Shown: in pieces, positions 10,498 to 20,483 of the stretch | Position numbering within the stretch: position 1 is the stretch's first letter | How the letters are laid out: every line of letters starts with the position of its first letter | Assembly: GCA_963777505.1 (NCBI GenBank) | Contig: CAVZQN010000004.1 | Coordinates: 544,001-608,000, forward strand | Source of the DNA: an uncultured bacterium | GTDB lineage: Bacteria; Acidobacteriota; HRBIN11; JAKEFK01 | Length of the DNA: 64,000 bases | Direction of reading: 5' to 3' | The notes under the pieces: generated by a model | The model's database searches: none | What the model saw: the letters and a program-made list of their open reading frames with translations, nothing else | What the model was told of the DNA's origin: nothing | Program-made: the position numbers and the translations under genes

Positions 10498-11289
10498 ATG
10501 TTCAACAAACGAGCCGCAATCCTTATTGTGCTTTTTATATTCTCATTTCTACTGACTCTTCGCTCCGACGTTTCGTTTGATCGAAAAACTTTTACAATTC
10601 GTGATGAAGCGCTGCCTTATCGAATTCTGTTTCCCGATGGCTTTGTTGCGGATCACAAATATCCGTTGTTATTTGTCCTGCATGGCGCCGGTGAACGTGG
10701 CAATGATAATGAGTTGCAACTAACTCATGGCGCAAGTTTATTTCTAAAGGATGCGGTGCGAAAGAAGTATCCGGCTATTGTTGTTTTTCCACAGTGTCCA
10801 TTGGATAGTTACTGGTCAAATGTCGATCGCCAATCCCAAAATGGGGAGAAGCGGAATTTTGTGTTTCGTGAAAACGGTGAGCCCACAAAAGCGATGTGGT
10901 TATTGATAGGTTTGATTGATTCCTTGCTAACAAAACCATACGTTGATAAACAACGAGTTTACGTTGGTGGCTTATCCATGGGGGGTATGGGAACATTCGA
11001 ATTGCTTTCTCGAAAACCGGATCTGTTTGCTGCAGCCTTTGTGATTTGCGGCGGAGGACATCCTAAAACGGTACAAAAATATGCGAAGAAAGTGCCGTTA
11101 TGGATTTTCCATGGCGCAAAAGATGACGTTGTTCCACTGTCTTCTTCAGAAATCATGGTGAACGCTCTAAAAACGGCTGGTGCAAATCCCCGCTTTACAG
11201 TCTATCCCGATGCTGATCATGATAGTTGGACGCCGGCATTTGCCGAACCGGACCTCCTTTCCTGGCTTTTTGCCATTCAACGAAACTAG
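10498..11289 (+). CDS. Exported esterase/peptidase (phospholipase/carboxylesterase-like alpha/beta hydrolase)
   Basis: Signal peptide, LHGAGERG, GLSMGG, FHGAKDDVVP, HDSW. Confidence 0.85.
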   Translation: MFNKRAAILIVLFIFSFLLTLRSDVSFDRKTFTIRDEALPYRILFPDGFVADHKYPLLFVLHGAGERGNDNELQLTHGASLFLKDAVRKKYPAIVVFPQCPLDSYWSNVDRQSQNGEKRNFVFRENGEPTKAMWLLIGLIDSLLTKPYVDKQRVYVGGLSMGGMGTFELLSRKPDLFAAAFVICGGGHPKTVQKYAKKVPLWIFHGAKDDVVPLSSSEIMVNALKTAGANPRFTVYPDADHDSWTPAFAEPDLLSWLFAIQRN

Positions 11290-11398
11290 CATAGTCCTTT
11301 GTGCTCCTCTTCTTTTCCATGCTATATTCTGTGCTATATCTAAGTGAAATTCCCGCCAGTTCTACAAAGTCTGGGGAAAAAATACTTTTTGTAGCTGA

Positions 11399-13978
11399 AT
11401 GACGTTCCTAAAATTTCTTCTATTGATTGCTTCCATCGGCATGGCCGGATGGAGTGTGCGATATCTTATTTCTCCCAAAAACGAAGACAGATCCGGAACG
11501 CTGAGTTTACGGCTCGTAGAATATTTTAAGACGTTCCTGACCGGCTTTGGTTTTGCTTCCATAGTCCTTTTCTTCATTGCTCTAGCGGGATTTTTTGAGC
11601 TGGAAATAATCTTCATTGCCTTTTTAATTCCGGCTGTCGTTTATTTCGTAACAAAATATTTCCGCAAACGAGGTTTGAGGCTTTTACAATTGAGTTACTA
11701 CCTTGTGTGTTGTTTGATATTCGGATGCGTTTGTTTCGGGTTAGGAAAAATCGCGAAACCTTTTGAAGCAGTGATACAGGCGGATGATGCATCCGTATAT
11801 ATCGGTTCAGCCTTTCGACTCGCCAACTCCGGAAGTTTGACCTACGAAGATCCTCTTGTTCTTGAAATGACGCCACAGGAACGGAATCAGGTTTTTGATA
11901 ATCGTTTTGTAACAGATACAACCGGTGAAAAAATCCGTTTCCCCGGTGGTGCGCGGCTGAGTAATTCTTCAAAAGGAACAATTGTTTTTTCTTTTTATCA
12001 CTTATTTCCTATCTGGCTAGCCTTGGGAATTCAGTCGTTAGGTCAACACTCATTCTTGAATATTCTGAGCGTGTTTTTCGCTTTGAAATTGCTCAGCTTA
12101 TTTTTTCTTGCTCGCGTACTCGGAGGATGGTTGTTGGGGATCTCAGTACCTGTCGTTTGTTTCTTCTTTTATCCCCAACTTTATTTTGCTTTGATGCCTA
12201 CTTCAGAACTTCTTGCGGAAACTTTATTTTTATCGGGTCTTTTGACACTTGTTGCAGGATCAAAACTTCAACCGTCTATGAATTCCAATGAGCAATGGCT
12301 CGTAGGGATTCTCTGGGGCGCATTATTTCTTTGCCGTCTCGAGTCACTTTATATTTTGTCTCTTACATTGGTACTTGTTTTTACGACTATTCCAGCTCTA
12401 ACAAGAGATTTGTCTCGATGGCGCATTCTTATCTTGCAATTAGTCTTTTTTGCCTTTACAGCCTTGTATTACCAGGTTGCCAGAGGTGAGTATCTTTACG
12501 TTCTTACATCGGGTCACTATCTTCGGAATCAAACGCTTGTGCATATCACAATCGAGTTGTTAGGTTCAGCAACGAAATTTGTAGAAAGTAACCCGTTCTT
12601 TGCTCTTCTTGCATTCCTGGGTGGTACGGCGATCGTAATGGGTGGAGTGTGGCGATTAATTTCGGCAATAGATCGCTCGCACCGCTTCTGGCTCAAAGCT
12701 GGAATTGGAATCTTCCTTGTTGGAATCTTGCTCGCGCCGATGTTTGCGCCATGGGTCAGTGTTGTTAGAGTCGTTCGTCACTTACGATGGATTGCTCTTT
12801 ATTTTTCGCCTCCGATTCTATTAACCCTCTTTGCTGGAATCCTTTTTTATCTTTACAAGAAGCTTCGCGAGCCGAACAGAAGTATAACGTTGGCCATCTT
12901 TATTCTATTTTGCCTTCCTGCCGTAGTTTATGTAATTCGTCCCATGGTCAATCTTGATCAACCCTGGGGGACAAGAAAATTTGTGCCGATGATCTTTCCA
13001 TTATTCTTTGTCATTTCTCTCTGTGGCTGGCAAGATTACTTCAAATTTATTTTTAACAAATCACAGTTAGTTGCCAAAAGTGCGTTTTGTTTTCTCATTT
13101 CACTGATGACCCTTTTCTTTTTGGGAAGATCGCAATACTTGCTGACAGATAATCTATTTTCTGATCTGATCGTTCAAACGCGAAAGCTTGCGGAAAACAT
13201 TCCCCAAAATGGATTGATTGTAATTCCCGAATCCTGGGCGGGAATGCATCTGCAGATGCCTCTTCAGTATTTAGAAGAATTCGATACGATTTTGCTTCCT
13301 GTTGAAAAAAGCCGGAACAATAAATTATTGCCCTATGTGGAGTCCTTTTTGAGTCGTCAAATCAAAAAGCGTCCTGTGGTGATTTTACTAAAATCGCCCT
13401 ACGATCCTCCACTTCCGCTGCGAAATTCATTCAATCTGAAGTTTGGAAGTAAAATGGAATTCGCTTTTTTACACGTTCCACAGAAAAGACAATTCATATT
13501 TCCAGAACGATCGGAGAAAGTAATATTGGATGTTTCGATTTTCAATCTTACTTCGAAAGTAAATACGTATCGCGATAGACTTGGAATCCGATACGACGAT
13601 CCTAATGTAAGTTTTGTGAATTTCTTCGATAAAGAAAACGGATTCCGGTGGACTCAACAAAGAAGTACGATTCAGGGTTTTGTTTTCCAAATTGATACAA
13701 AAGTGACTGCGGCACGGATTTCAACTTGTTTCCTCCCGTCTCAAAATGAAGTAAATGATGGTGAAATTCAAGTCTTGATTAATGATCGTTTTCCGGCGCC
13801 TTTCGCAAGAAGAGAAGGCACTGACTTCATCTTTGATATTGATCAAACAACGGTTCCTGAGATTTCAAGTTTTACAATTTTTTCTAAAACTTTTAGCCCT
13901 TCAGAAAAAGGAATTAATCTGGATCCCCGTCAGCTCGGTATTTGTTTTAACGAATTGACAATTCATTCTGTGAGATGA
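11399..13978 (+). CDS. Large polytopic membrane protein, probable GT-C fold glycosyltransferase
   Basis: Many TM helices, DASVY loop, FYHLFPIWL, SELL, WGTRKFVP; soluble C-terminal beta domain. Confidence 0.6.
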   Translation: MTFLKFLLLIASIGMAGWSVRYLISPKNEDRSGTLSLRLVEYFKTFLTGFGFASIVLFFIALAGFFELEIIFIAFLIPAVVYFVTKYFRKRGLRLLQLSYYLVCCLIFGCVCFGLGKIAKPFEAVIQADDASVYIGSAFRLANSGSLTYEDPLVLEMTPQERNQVFDNRFVTDTTGEKIRFPGGARLSNSSKGTIVFSFYHLFPIWLALGIQSLGQHSFLNILSVFFALKLLSLFFLARVLGGWLLGISVPVVCFFFYPQLYFALMPTSELLAETLFLSGLLTLVAGSKLQPSMNSNEQWLVGILWGALFLCRLESLYILSLTLVLVFTTIPALTRDLSRWRILILQLVFFAFTALYYQVARGEYLYVLTSGHYLRNQTLVHITIELLGSATKFVESNPFFALLAFLGGTAIVMGGVWRLISAIDRSHRFWLKAGIGIFLVGILLAPMFAPWVSVVRVVRHLRWIALYFSPPILLTLFAGILFYLYKKLREPNRSITLAIFILFCLPAVVYVIRPMVNLDQPWGTRKFVPMIFPLFFVISLCGWQDYFKFIFNKSQLVAKSAFCFLISLMTLFFLGRSQYLLTDNLFSDLIVQTRKLAENIPQNGLIVIPESWAGMHLQMPLQYLEEFDTILLPVEKSRNNKLLPYVESFLSRQIKKRPVVILLKSPYDPPLPLRNSFNLKFGSKMEFAFLHVPQKRQFIFPERSEKVILDVSIFNLTSKVNTYRDRLGIRYDDPNVSFVNFFDKENGFRWTQQRSTIQGFVFQIDTKVTAARISTCFLPSQNEVNDGEIQVLINDRFPAPFARREGTDFIFDIDQTTVPEISSFTIFSKTFSPSEKGINLDPRQLGICFNELTIHSVR

Positions 13979-14027
13979 TCGACCCTCATTGCAAAATTCT
14001 TTTCTAAACCAATGTTTTATTTGAGAG

Positions 14028-14813
14028 TTGATGTTAATGGGAAGACTGCCTGCAATATTTTTTGGTCATGGAAACCCCATGAATGCCATTCAACAAAACA
14101 AATATACGAAGGAATGGCATAGGATTGGACAAACCATTGAGCGTCCGAAAGCAATTCTTTGTATTTCCGCGCACTGGTATATTCCGCAAACGAGCGTAAC
14201 AATTTCTTCGCCGCCACAAACGATTCATGACTTTGGTGGTTTTCCGCCCGAACTTTATCAGGTTCAGTATCCCGCTCCAGGGAGTCCCGAACTTGCGAAC
14301 AATTTGCAAGAAATATTGATGCCTTTAGAAGTCCTTGGTTCGGATAATTGGGGTTTAGATCACGGAACGTGGTCCGTACTCTGTCATGTATTTCCAAATG
14401 CCGATATTCCAGTTGTTCAACTCAGCATTGATGAAACTCAGCCGCCATCATTCCATTTTGAATTGGGGAAAAAGCTTTCACCGTTACGTGAAAAGGGTGT
14501 GTTGATCATTGGTAGTGGAAATATGGTGCATAACCTCCACACGTATGCATGGGGGCGTCATAATCCAGAGCCGTATGATTGGGCCGTTCGTTTCGAATTG
14601 CAGGCAAGAGAACTTCTAAATTCCGGTGAATTTCAACCATTGATCGACTATGAAACTCTTGGCCGCGATGCCTTGCTTTCTATTCCTACTCCGGATCACT
14701 ACTTGCCTTTACTCTATGTGATCGCTACCAAAAGATCTGATGAAGCAATCTCCTTTCCTGTCGAAGGTGTGGATGGAGGTTCAGTTTCTATGCTGAGTGT
14801 GCAGGTCGGCTAA
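14028..14813 (+). CDS. ygiD: 4,5-DOPA dioxygenase extradiol (LigB family)
   Basis: FFGHGNPMNA, ISAHW, TIHDFGGFP, WGLDHGTW, GSGNMVHNL, PTPDHYLPL. Confidence 0.92.
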   Translation: MMLMGRLPAIFFGHGNPMNAIQQNKYTKEWHRIGQTIERPKAILCISAHWYIPQTSVTISSPPQTIHDFGGFPPELYQVQYPAPGSPELANNLQEILMPLEVLGSDNWGLDHGTWSVLCHVFPNADIPVVQLSIDETQPPSFHFELGKKLSPLREKGVLIIGSGNMVHNLHTYAWGRHNPEPYDWAVRFELQARELLNSGEFQPLIDYETLGRDALLSIPTPDHYLPLLYVIATKRSDEAISFPVEGVDGGSVSMLSVQVG

Positions 14814-14875
14814 AGAATGATTGACTTGATCCCCCTTGAATCAATTTTCCGCAAGAAAGAATAGGAGACAATACT

Positions 14876-15217
14876 ATGAAACCGATTCAAGGACCTTCTC
14901 AACAGTCGATTGCGTTTCCAAAACTCGATGGATCCGATAAAAATGCAGCACATATTCAAGCGCCTGCCTCCACCGAACAGCCGCAACAAGCTGATACTTC
15001 AAAGAGCTATTCCTCACAGATACCAGAAGCCAAATTGCAGGGTAATCTGCGTGCTATGGAATTGAATTCAGCATATCAACACAATCAGTCTGATTTCGAT
15101 TTTATTCGATCCAGAAATCCAGGTTCAGAAAATAATCTGGAGCCGTCTAAGATTGAATATCCAAACCTGGTTTTTGCAAAGGATCCGAAAAGTGTCAAAG
15201 ATTCAAATGATGAATGA
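14876..15217 (+). CDS. Hypothetical protein, low-complexity Q/S/P-rich, putative secreted substrate
   Basis: AGGAG RBS, fills the intergenic gap; no recognisable domain. Confidence 0.65.
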   Translation: MKPIQGPSQQSIAFPKLDGSDKNAAHIQAPASTEQPQQADTSKSYSSQIPEAKLQGNLRAMELNSAYQHNQSDFDFIRSRNPGSENNLEPSKIEYPNLVFAKDPKSVKDSNDE

Positions 15218-15243
15218 TCTGCGACCGTTTCTACATTAATTCG

Positions 15244-15849
15244 TTATCGATTCTTGCGAGTTGCGCTCTCCAAAGGAGCAATAATCCAGCTAATAGCATG
15301 AAGAGATTTTCCCTGGCTTCGTCTCGACTGACGAAATTTCTTTTCAATTTTTTCCAATAATCGTCCGATCTCTGCAATGTCTTTTTTGTTTAACCAGGCC
15401 GTCATGCGCGCTCCCCATAAATTTCTGTATCTTCCCCTTACGGAGGCCCTTGTTGAGTTTGCTCCAGTCACAAAATCCTTTTGCGCAACACGCAGCAAGG
15501 AAGAAATCATCTTCAAAAGTAATTTCACACTTTTCGGATTCGAGAGATCATACTCAACCTTTAGCTCATTCCCTGGTATGTTAAATATCTCTTCATGCCG
15601 CCTTTTAGCTGCCCGTTTTCCTTTATTGATGAGCAGTCCAGCTCGTTCCAGTTTGTGAAGATGATAGTAGACGGTGTCATGCGGAAGCCCTAGATCATCA
15701 GCAATCTCTGCTGCGGAACAATTTCCTCTGGCGCGGACACTATCCAGAATTTCCTGCCTGACCTGAGAGACAAGAAGTATTAATTGTTCGGGCTTGTGAA
15801 TCTTAAAAATCGACGGGCGAATCGGTGTTTTCGAAGTTGTTCGGGCCAT
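15244..15849 (-). CDS. ArsR/winged-helix transcriptional regulator
   Basis: RQEILDSV...SAAEIADDLGLPHDTVYYHLHKLERAGLL. Confidence 0.85.
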   Translation of the reverse strand: MARTTSKTPIRPSIFKIHKPEQLILLVSQVRQEILDSVRARGNCSAAEIADDLGLPHDTVYYHLHKLERAGLLINKGKRAAKRRHEEIFNIPGNELKVEYDLSNPKSVKLLLKMISSLLRVAQKDFVTGANSTRASVRGRYRNLWGARMTAWLNKKDIAEIGRLLEKIEKKFRQSRRSQGKSLHAISWIIAPLESATRKNR

Positions 15850-15886
15850 AATTATTGAAAAACCTCAGCGTAATTTCAATAATTAT
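15848..15886. promoter_or_regulatory. Palindromic operator between the regulator and the divergent M24 gene
   Basis: Perfect 13-bp inverted repeat ATAATTATTGAAA-N13-TTTCAATAATTAT. Confidence 0.6.
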
Positions 15887-15964
15887 TATATACCGGACAT
15901 AAACAACGCCCATTACTTTCTTGGCTCCTTTTCTTGCAACTTTATGGAAGTGAAATAAGCTATT

Positions 15965-17209
15965 GTGATGAATTGGCATACGCTCGGCCCGGGTGATTTA
16001 GCTTTAAGCGAATGGCAGGCTGCTGGATTAAAGCTGCCCGATCTTGCACAAATTCGTCACTATCGTTTGGAACAGGTGCGCCAACATTTACGTAAGTTCG
16101 ATTACGCTGGCATCGTCTTGTTTGATCCGATTAATATCCGCTATGCCACAGACAGCACAAATATGCAGATCTGGATCATGCACAATGCAGCGCGTTACGC
16201 ATTTGTCCCAACTGAAGGCCCGGTCGTTTTGTTTGATGATCCGGACTGCAAGTTACTCATCAGCCACAGCGATATTATTGATGAGATGCGGACAGCAACG
16301 TGTTGGTATTATTTTGGTGCAGGTAACCGGTATCCGGAATTGGCGCGGCAATGGGCAACTGAAATCGCTGATCTGGTGAGAGAACATGGCGGCGGCAACA
16401 CTCGCTTAGCAATCGATCGTTGCAATCCGGAAGGAGTGCAAGCCTTAAATTCAGAAGGCATTCAGGTTTTTAACGGTGAAGAGGTGATGGAATTATCTCG
16501 CTCTATCAAATGTGCAGAAGAGATTAAAGCGATGCGTTGTGCAATTCATGCCTGTGAGCAGTCCTTAGAAGTAATGCGTCATCACCTGGTTCCTGGAGTT
16601 TCGGAGCAGCGGCTGTGGAGTTATTTGCATGCGGAAAATATTGCTCGCGGTGGTGAGTGGATCGAAACCCGTCTACTGGCATCCGGTCATCGGACTAACC
16701 CATGGTATCAAGAGTGCAGCAGCCGCATAATCGAACCTGGCGATTTCGTCGCCTTTGATACGGATATGATCGGCCCTTATGGAATGTGCGTAGACATTTC
16801 GCGGACGTGGATTTGCGGCAGCGCGACTCCAACTTCAGAGCAACGCGAAATTTATGACATGGCTTATGAGCAGATTCTGCGTAATACCGCATGTTTAAAA
16901 CCCGGATTGACTTTCAAAGAATTGACTTACGATACCTTCCAGTACGATCCGGAAGAATTTCATTACTACTCATGCCTGTATCACGGTGTAGGACTCTGCG
17001 ACGAATATCCAAGCATCTACTTTCCATCTTCATGGGAGTCTACTGGTTATGATGGTGTGTTAGAGCCAGGAATGGTTTTGTGTGTTGAGAGTTTCGTTGG
17101 GCGAAGATCTGGTGGTCCCGGTGTCAAGTTAGAAGAACAGGTGTTGATTACGGATAACGGGCATGAATTGTTATCGCGCTATCCAATCAATGTGATTCTA
17201 ACGAATTAG
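15965..17209 (+). CDS. M24 metallopeptidase-fold protein, DddP-like (DMSP lyase-like)
   Basis: NIRYATDSTNMQ, GGEWIETRLLASG-RTNPW-QEC, FDTD, VDISR, HGVGLCDEYP, GVKLEEQ. Confidence 0.8.
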   Translation: MMNWHTLGPGDLALSEWQAAGLKLPDLAQIRHYRLEQVRQHLRKFDYAGIVLFDPINIRYATDSTNMQIWIMHNAARYAFVPTEGPVVLFDDPDCKLLISHSDIIDEMRTATCWYYFGAGNRYPELARQWATEIADLVREHGGGNTRLAIDRCNPEGVQALNSEGIQVFNGEEVMELSRSIKCAEEIKAMRCAIHACEQSLEVMRHHLVPGVSEQRLWSYLHAENIARGGEWIETRLLASGHRTNPWYQECSSRIIEPGDFVAFDTDMIGPYGMCVDISRTWICGSATPTSEQREIYDMAYEQILRNTACLKPGLTFKELTYDTFQYDPEEFHYYSCLYHGVGLCDEYPSIYFPSSWESTGYDGVLEPGMVLCVESFVGRRSGGPGVKLEEQVLITDNGHELLSRYPINVILTN

Positions 17210-18256
17210 AGCTACAACATTCGTGCGTCTGACTCCTTCAGCAATGCACCTTACAAGCGGACCGGCATAGCGTGCGCCGTTGTCTCTTTCCGGATCATAG
17301 ATCGTGAAGTTGATGCCAACAATGCGTCCAGAAGCACACAAAGCGCTGACCAAATCAGCTAATTGCGCATAGTTAAATCCTGGGGTTCCCGGTGAGTCTA
17401 CAGCAGGCATGACTGCTTGATCGAGTACATCCAGATCGACATGCATCCATACTTTGTCTAAATGCTTTTCCTGTAGCTTCGCGATGACGTTTCGCGCGAC
17501 AGTAGTGATACCTTTAGCAAGAATATGCTGAATTGTGAACTGCGTAATTTTGGTACGTAAAATATCGCCATAGGAATACATGAAGCCTGGACTTTCGGCA
17601 TCGCGTTCTCCTAATTGAATAATCTCAGTATCATTTGCGAGCGGTTTACCAATGTTTGGCCAATCGGTGAGTAACTGCTCACCGCGTCCACTTGCTAGAG
17701 CCAGATCCATTCCAGCGACAGATCCCAATCGCCCTTTCGAATCATAGTTTCCGGGATGGAAGAAATCGCTGTGTCCATCGATGTGCACGAGTCCTCTTCC
17801 TCCAGCGAGACGCATACCATACAGACTGCCCAGAAGGATGCTGCAATCGCCGCCAATCACGACCGGAAATCGATCCTTCTTTAGAAGATCTTGTACCTTC
17901 GCCGATAATTTCAATGAGAACTCACGAATCGTTTGACCATTCCGTATTCTTGTTCCGGATTGTGCATTGAACTCATACTTCGGTCGATCGAGTGACACAA
18001 TTTCTTCAGCATCCAGTTCGCGAGCCAAACCTGCATCCATCAATACTTGAGGTGCGCGCCATGCACCAGGTTCGCCACCCGTTTCAGTGGGTCGCAGTCC
18101 CAAATTACTGGGTGCCAGTACAAGACTGATTTTTTTCTGCTTCACTTGATCTGCATATGCCCATTTATCGGCAAACAAAATAGCACCGGCCGCCATTGCA
18201 AACTCTCGCCGCGTTATCAACTTGTGAAATTCAGTTCGCTTTTCCTGATTCATCAC
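17198..18256 (-). CDS. Arginase/ureohydrolase family protein with Tat-like signal
   Basis: GGDCS, DGHSD and HVDLDVLD metal motifs; N-terminal ITRREF. Confidence 0.87.
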   Translation of the reverse strand: MMNQEKRTEFHKLITRREFAMAAGAILFADKWAYADQVKQKKISLVLAPSNLGLRPTETGGEPGAWRAPQVLMDAGLARELDAEEIVSLDRPKYEFNAQSGTRIRNGQTIREFSLKLSAKVQDLLKKDRFPVVIGGDCSILLGSLYGMRLAGGRGLVHIDGHSDFFHPGNYDSKGRLGSVAGMDLALASGRGEQLLTDWPNIGKPLANDTEIIQLGERDAESPGFMYSYGDILRTKITQFTIQHILAKGITTVARNVIAKLQEKHLDKVWMHVDLDVLDQAVMPAVDSPGTPGFNYAQLADLVSALCASGRIVGINFTIYDPERDNGARYAGPLVRCIAEGVRRTNVVALIR

Positions 18257-18267
18257 TTACCAGTACA

Positions 18268-18825
18268 TTACGAAATCCTTTTGAATTCCATGATCCAATT
18301 TGATTTCCACGTTTTACCATCATCAGATGAAAAAGATTGTTCCCAGCGCGCGGAAGTCGGTGTGATGTGTGACCAGGTGTAACGCACACGCATTGGTTTT
18401 CCTTTGTCCATGTAATCGGAATAAAAATTTCCGACACCGTTTTCAAAACGACCTACAACCGGCGGGTCGAGAGGTCCTGATGGATAACGTCCATCAAGCC
18501 ACCAAATTGACCATTGACTCGTTTTCGGATCATACGAGCGTAGCCCAACTGCACGATACGCACCACTGGGTGAGTTGAGAGAATGCTCTTCCATGTTAGC
18601 CAAACCATCCATAAGCAGGCGATTGCTGCATGTTCCATCGAATTCCACCCATTCAGTACGATCGGCCGGAATGCGGCGATGTTGAACACGCCACTCGCCA
18701 ACAAGAAAATCGAAATCGCGCGACCCGGTTACGTTTGTATCAGTTGAAAGCTTTGAAACATTTTGTGAAGAGCCTGCCGAGGCAAAGCAGCATATTAAAG
18801 CCGCAATAGTAAATATGATTTTCAT
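18268..18825 (-). CDS. Exported protein, DUF1579-like
   Basis: Signal peptide MKIIFT...ASAG, DFDFLVGEW, RWEQSFSSDDGKTWKSNWIMEF. Confidence 0.75.
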   Translation of the reverse strand: MKIIFTIAALICCFASAGSSQNVSKLSTDTNVTGSRDFDFLVGEWRVQHRRIPADRTEWVEFDGTCSNRLLMDGLANMEEHSLNSPSGAYRAVGLRSYDPKTSQWSIWWLDGRYPSGPLDPPVVGRFENGVGNFYSDYMDKGKPMRVRYTWSHITPTSARWEQSFSSDDGKTWKSNWIMEFKRIS

Positions 18826-18872
18826 GCAATCCTCCATTCGCGCAAACTTCTTATGAGAGTTATTTTTGAGTA

Positions 18873-18923
18873 GAATTGGTCTCTTCACAAGAGCCAATTC
18901 TGGACAACTCTTGTAGACCAATT
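18873..18923. promoter_or_regulatory. Putative MocR/PdxR-type operator
   Basis: Imperfect inverted repeat GAATTGGTCTCTT-cac-AAGAGCCAATTC plus TGGAC...GACCAATT, between the regulator and the divergent operon. Confidence 0.55.
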
Positions 18924-18938
18924 TAAAATCGTAGAAGT

Positions 18939-20429
18939 ATGAAGATATCCAACATTCCTTTCATAATGCTTGATGATAAAACTGAAGTTCCCATTTACAG
19001 GCAAATCTATGAAGCGATTCGGTGCTCGATTCTAAGCGGTGAATTTAAATCGGGAACGCAATTAACCACAACGCGACTTCTTGCAAAGCAGTTAGGCGTT
19101 TCACGCATGACCATCATTAATGCGTACGAACAGCTCCATGCAGAAGGGTATATTGAAGGAAAAATGGGCGCGGGAACTTATGTTGCTTCGACACTTCCCG
19201 AAGAAATGTTGCGTGTTGATTCAGAAAGATCATTGCGAAGCAGGGAATCAACCGGATTCAGAAATCAAATTCTATCGCAGCGCGGGAAATGGTTTGCATC
19301 TACAAGTATTGCGAGGCTTCGTGTTGAAGCAGACTCCAAACAATATGCTTTTCAAAATGGGATGCCTGCGGTTGATAAATTTCCTTTTGCGATTTGGTCC
19401 AAACTTATGTCGCGTTTACTTAAGGGCCCACCAAGAGAACTTCTAAGCTACGGTGATCCTGCGGGTTATTTTCCTTTACGTGAAGCGATTGCATCGCATT
19501 TGAAATCGGCCAGGGGAGTTGTTTGCGATGCCACTCAAGTGATCATCGTTGGAGGCTCTCAGCAGGCGCTCGATCTAACGGCCCGAATTCTACTTGATCC
19601 AAATGATGTTGCGCTGGTCGAAGATCCATGTTACCCGGGCGCACGCAATGTGCTTCTATCATCTGGAGCAAAAGTCATTTCAGTGCCGGTCGATCATGAA
19701 GGCTTTGACTTGGCTGCCGGTTTGAAGCGAAGTAAAAGTGCGCGGCTCGTTTATGTAACACCCTCTCATCAATTTCCACTTGGCGTAACGATGAGTTTGT
19801 CGCGACGCAGAGCATTGCTTGAATGGGCGAAGCAGTCCAATGCCTTTATTGTTGAAGATGATTACAACAGTGAATTCAGATATGCAGGACGTCCGCTCGC
19901 GTCTTTACAGGGACTGAATAAAGATGGGAGAGTAATTTATGTGGGAACTTTTAGCAAAACAATTTTTCCCTCTTTGCGGTTGGGTTGTATCGTTGTACCA
20001 AAAGATTTATCAAGCATTTTTATTGCGGCTCGTGCGATGATTGATAGACACTCTCCAATATTAGACCAGGCTGTACTCACAGACTTTATCAATGAAGGTC
20101 ACTTCGCGCGACACATACGGCGCATGCGTTCGTTGTATGAAGAGCGTCAAAACATTTTAGTGACTGAAGCACAAAGACACTTGAAAGGTAAATTAGAAAT
20201 TGAGCCAGCCGAAGCGGGAATGCATTTAGTCGGTTGGTTGCCTGAAAGAGTTAGTGACAAAGAGGCATCGGAAAAAGCCGCTCGTCATGGCATCGAAGCA
20301 GCACCGCTTTCAGCCTACAGTACAAATCCGTTATCAACACGTGGTGCTCTGGTTCTTGGTTACACTGGAGTGAATGAAAAACAAATCAAAGATGGAATCA
20401 GGCAATTAGCGAAAGCTTTGACTTCCTGA
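18939..20429 (+). CDS. MocR/GabR-family PLP-dependent transcriptional regulator
   Basis: GntR HTH (LGVSRMTIINAYEQL) plus aminotransferase domain (TPSHQFPLG, EDDY, GTFSK). Confidence 0.95.
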   Translation: MKISNIPFIMLDDKTEVPIYRQIYEAIRCSILSGEFKSGTQLTTTRLLAKQLGVSRMTIINAYEQLHAEGYIEGKMGAGTYVASTLPEEMLRVDSERSLRSRESTGFRNQILSQRGKWFASTSIARLRVEADSKQYAFQNGMPAVDKFPFAIWSKLMSRLLKGPPRELLSYGDPAGYFPLREAIASHLKSARGVVCDATQVIIVGGSQQALDLTARILLDPNDVALVEDPCYPGARNVLLSSGAKVISVPVDHEGFDLAAGLKRSKSARLVYVTPSHQFPLGVTMSLSRRRALLEWAKQSNAFIVEDDYNSEFRYAGRPLASLQGLNKDGRVIYVGTFSKTIFPSLRLGCIVVPKDLSSIFIAARAMIDRHSPILDQAVLTDFINEGHFARHIRRMRSLYEERQNILVTEAQRHLKGKLEIEPAEAGMHLVGWLPERVSDKEASEKAARHGIEAAPLSAYSTNPLSTRGALVLGYTGVNEKQIKDGIRQLAKALTS

Positions 20430-20437
20430 CTCTAAAT

Positions 20438-20468
20438 AAAAAAGGGGACGCAAAAAAAGCGTCCCCTT
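20438..20468 (-). terminator. Rho-independent terminator
   Basis: Stem AAGGGGACGC/GCGTCCCCTT with a T-run on the minus strand, between convergent genes. Confidence 0.8.
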
Positions 20469-20483
20469 GAATTAAAACCAAAT

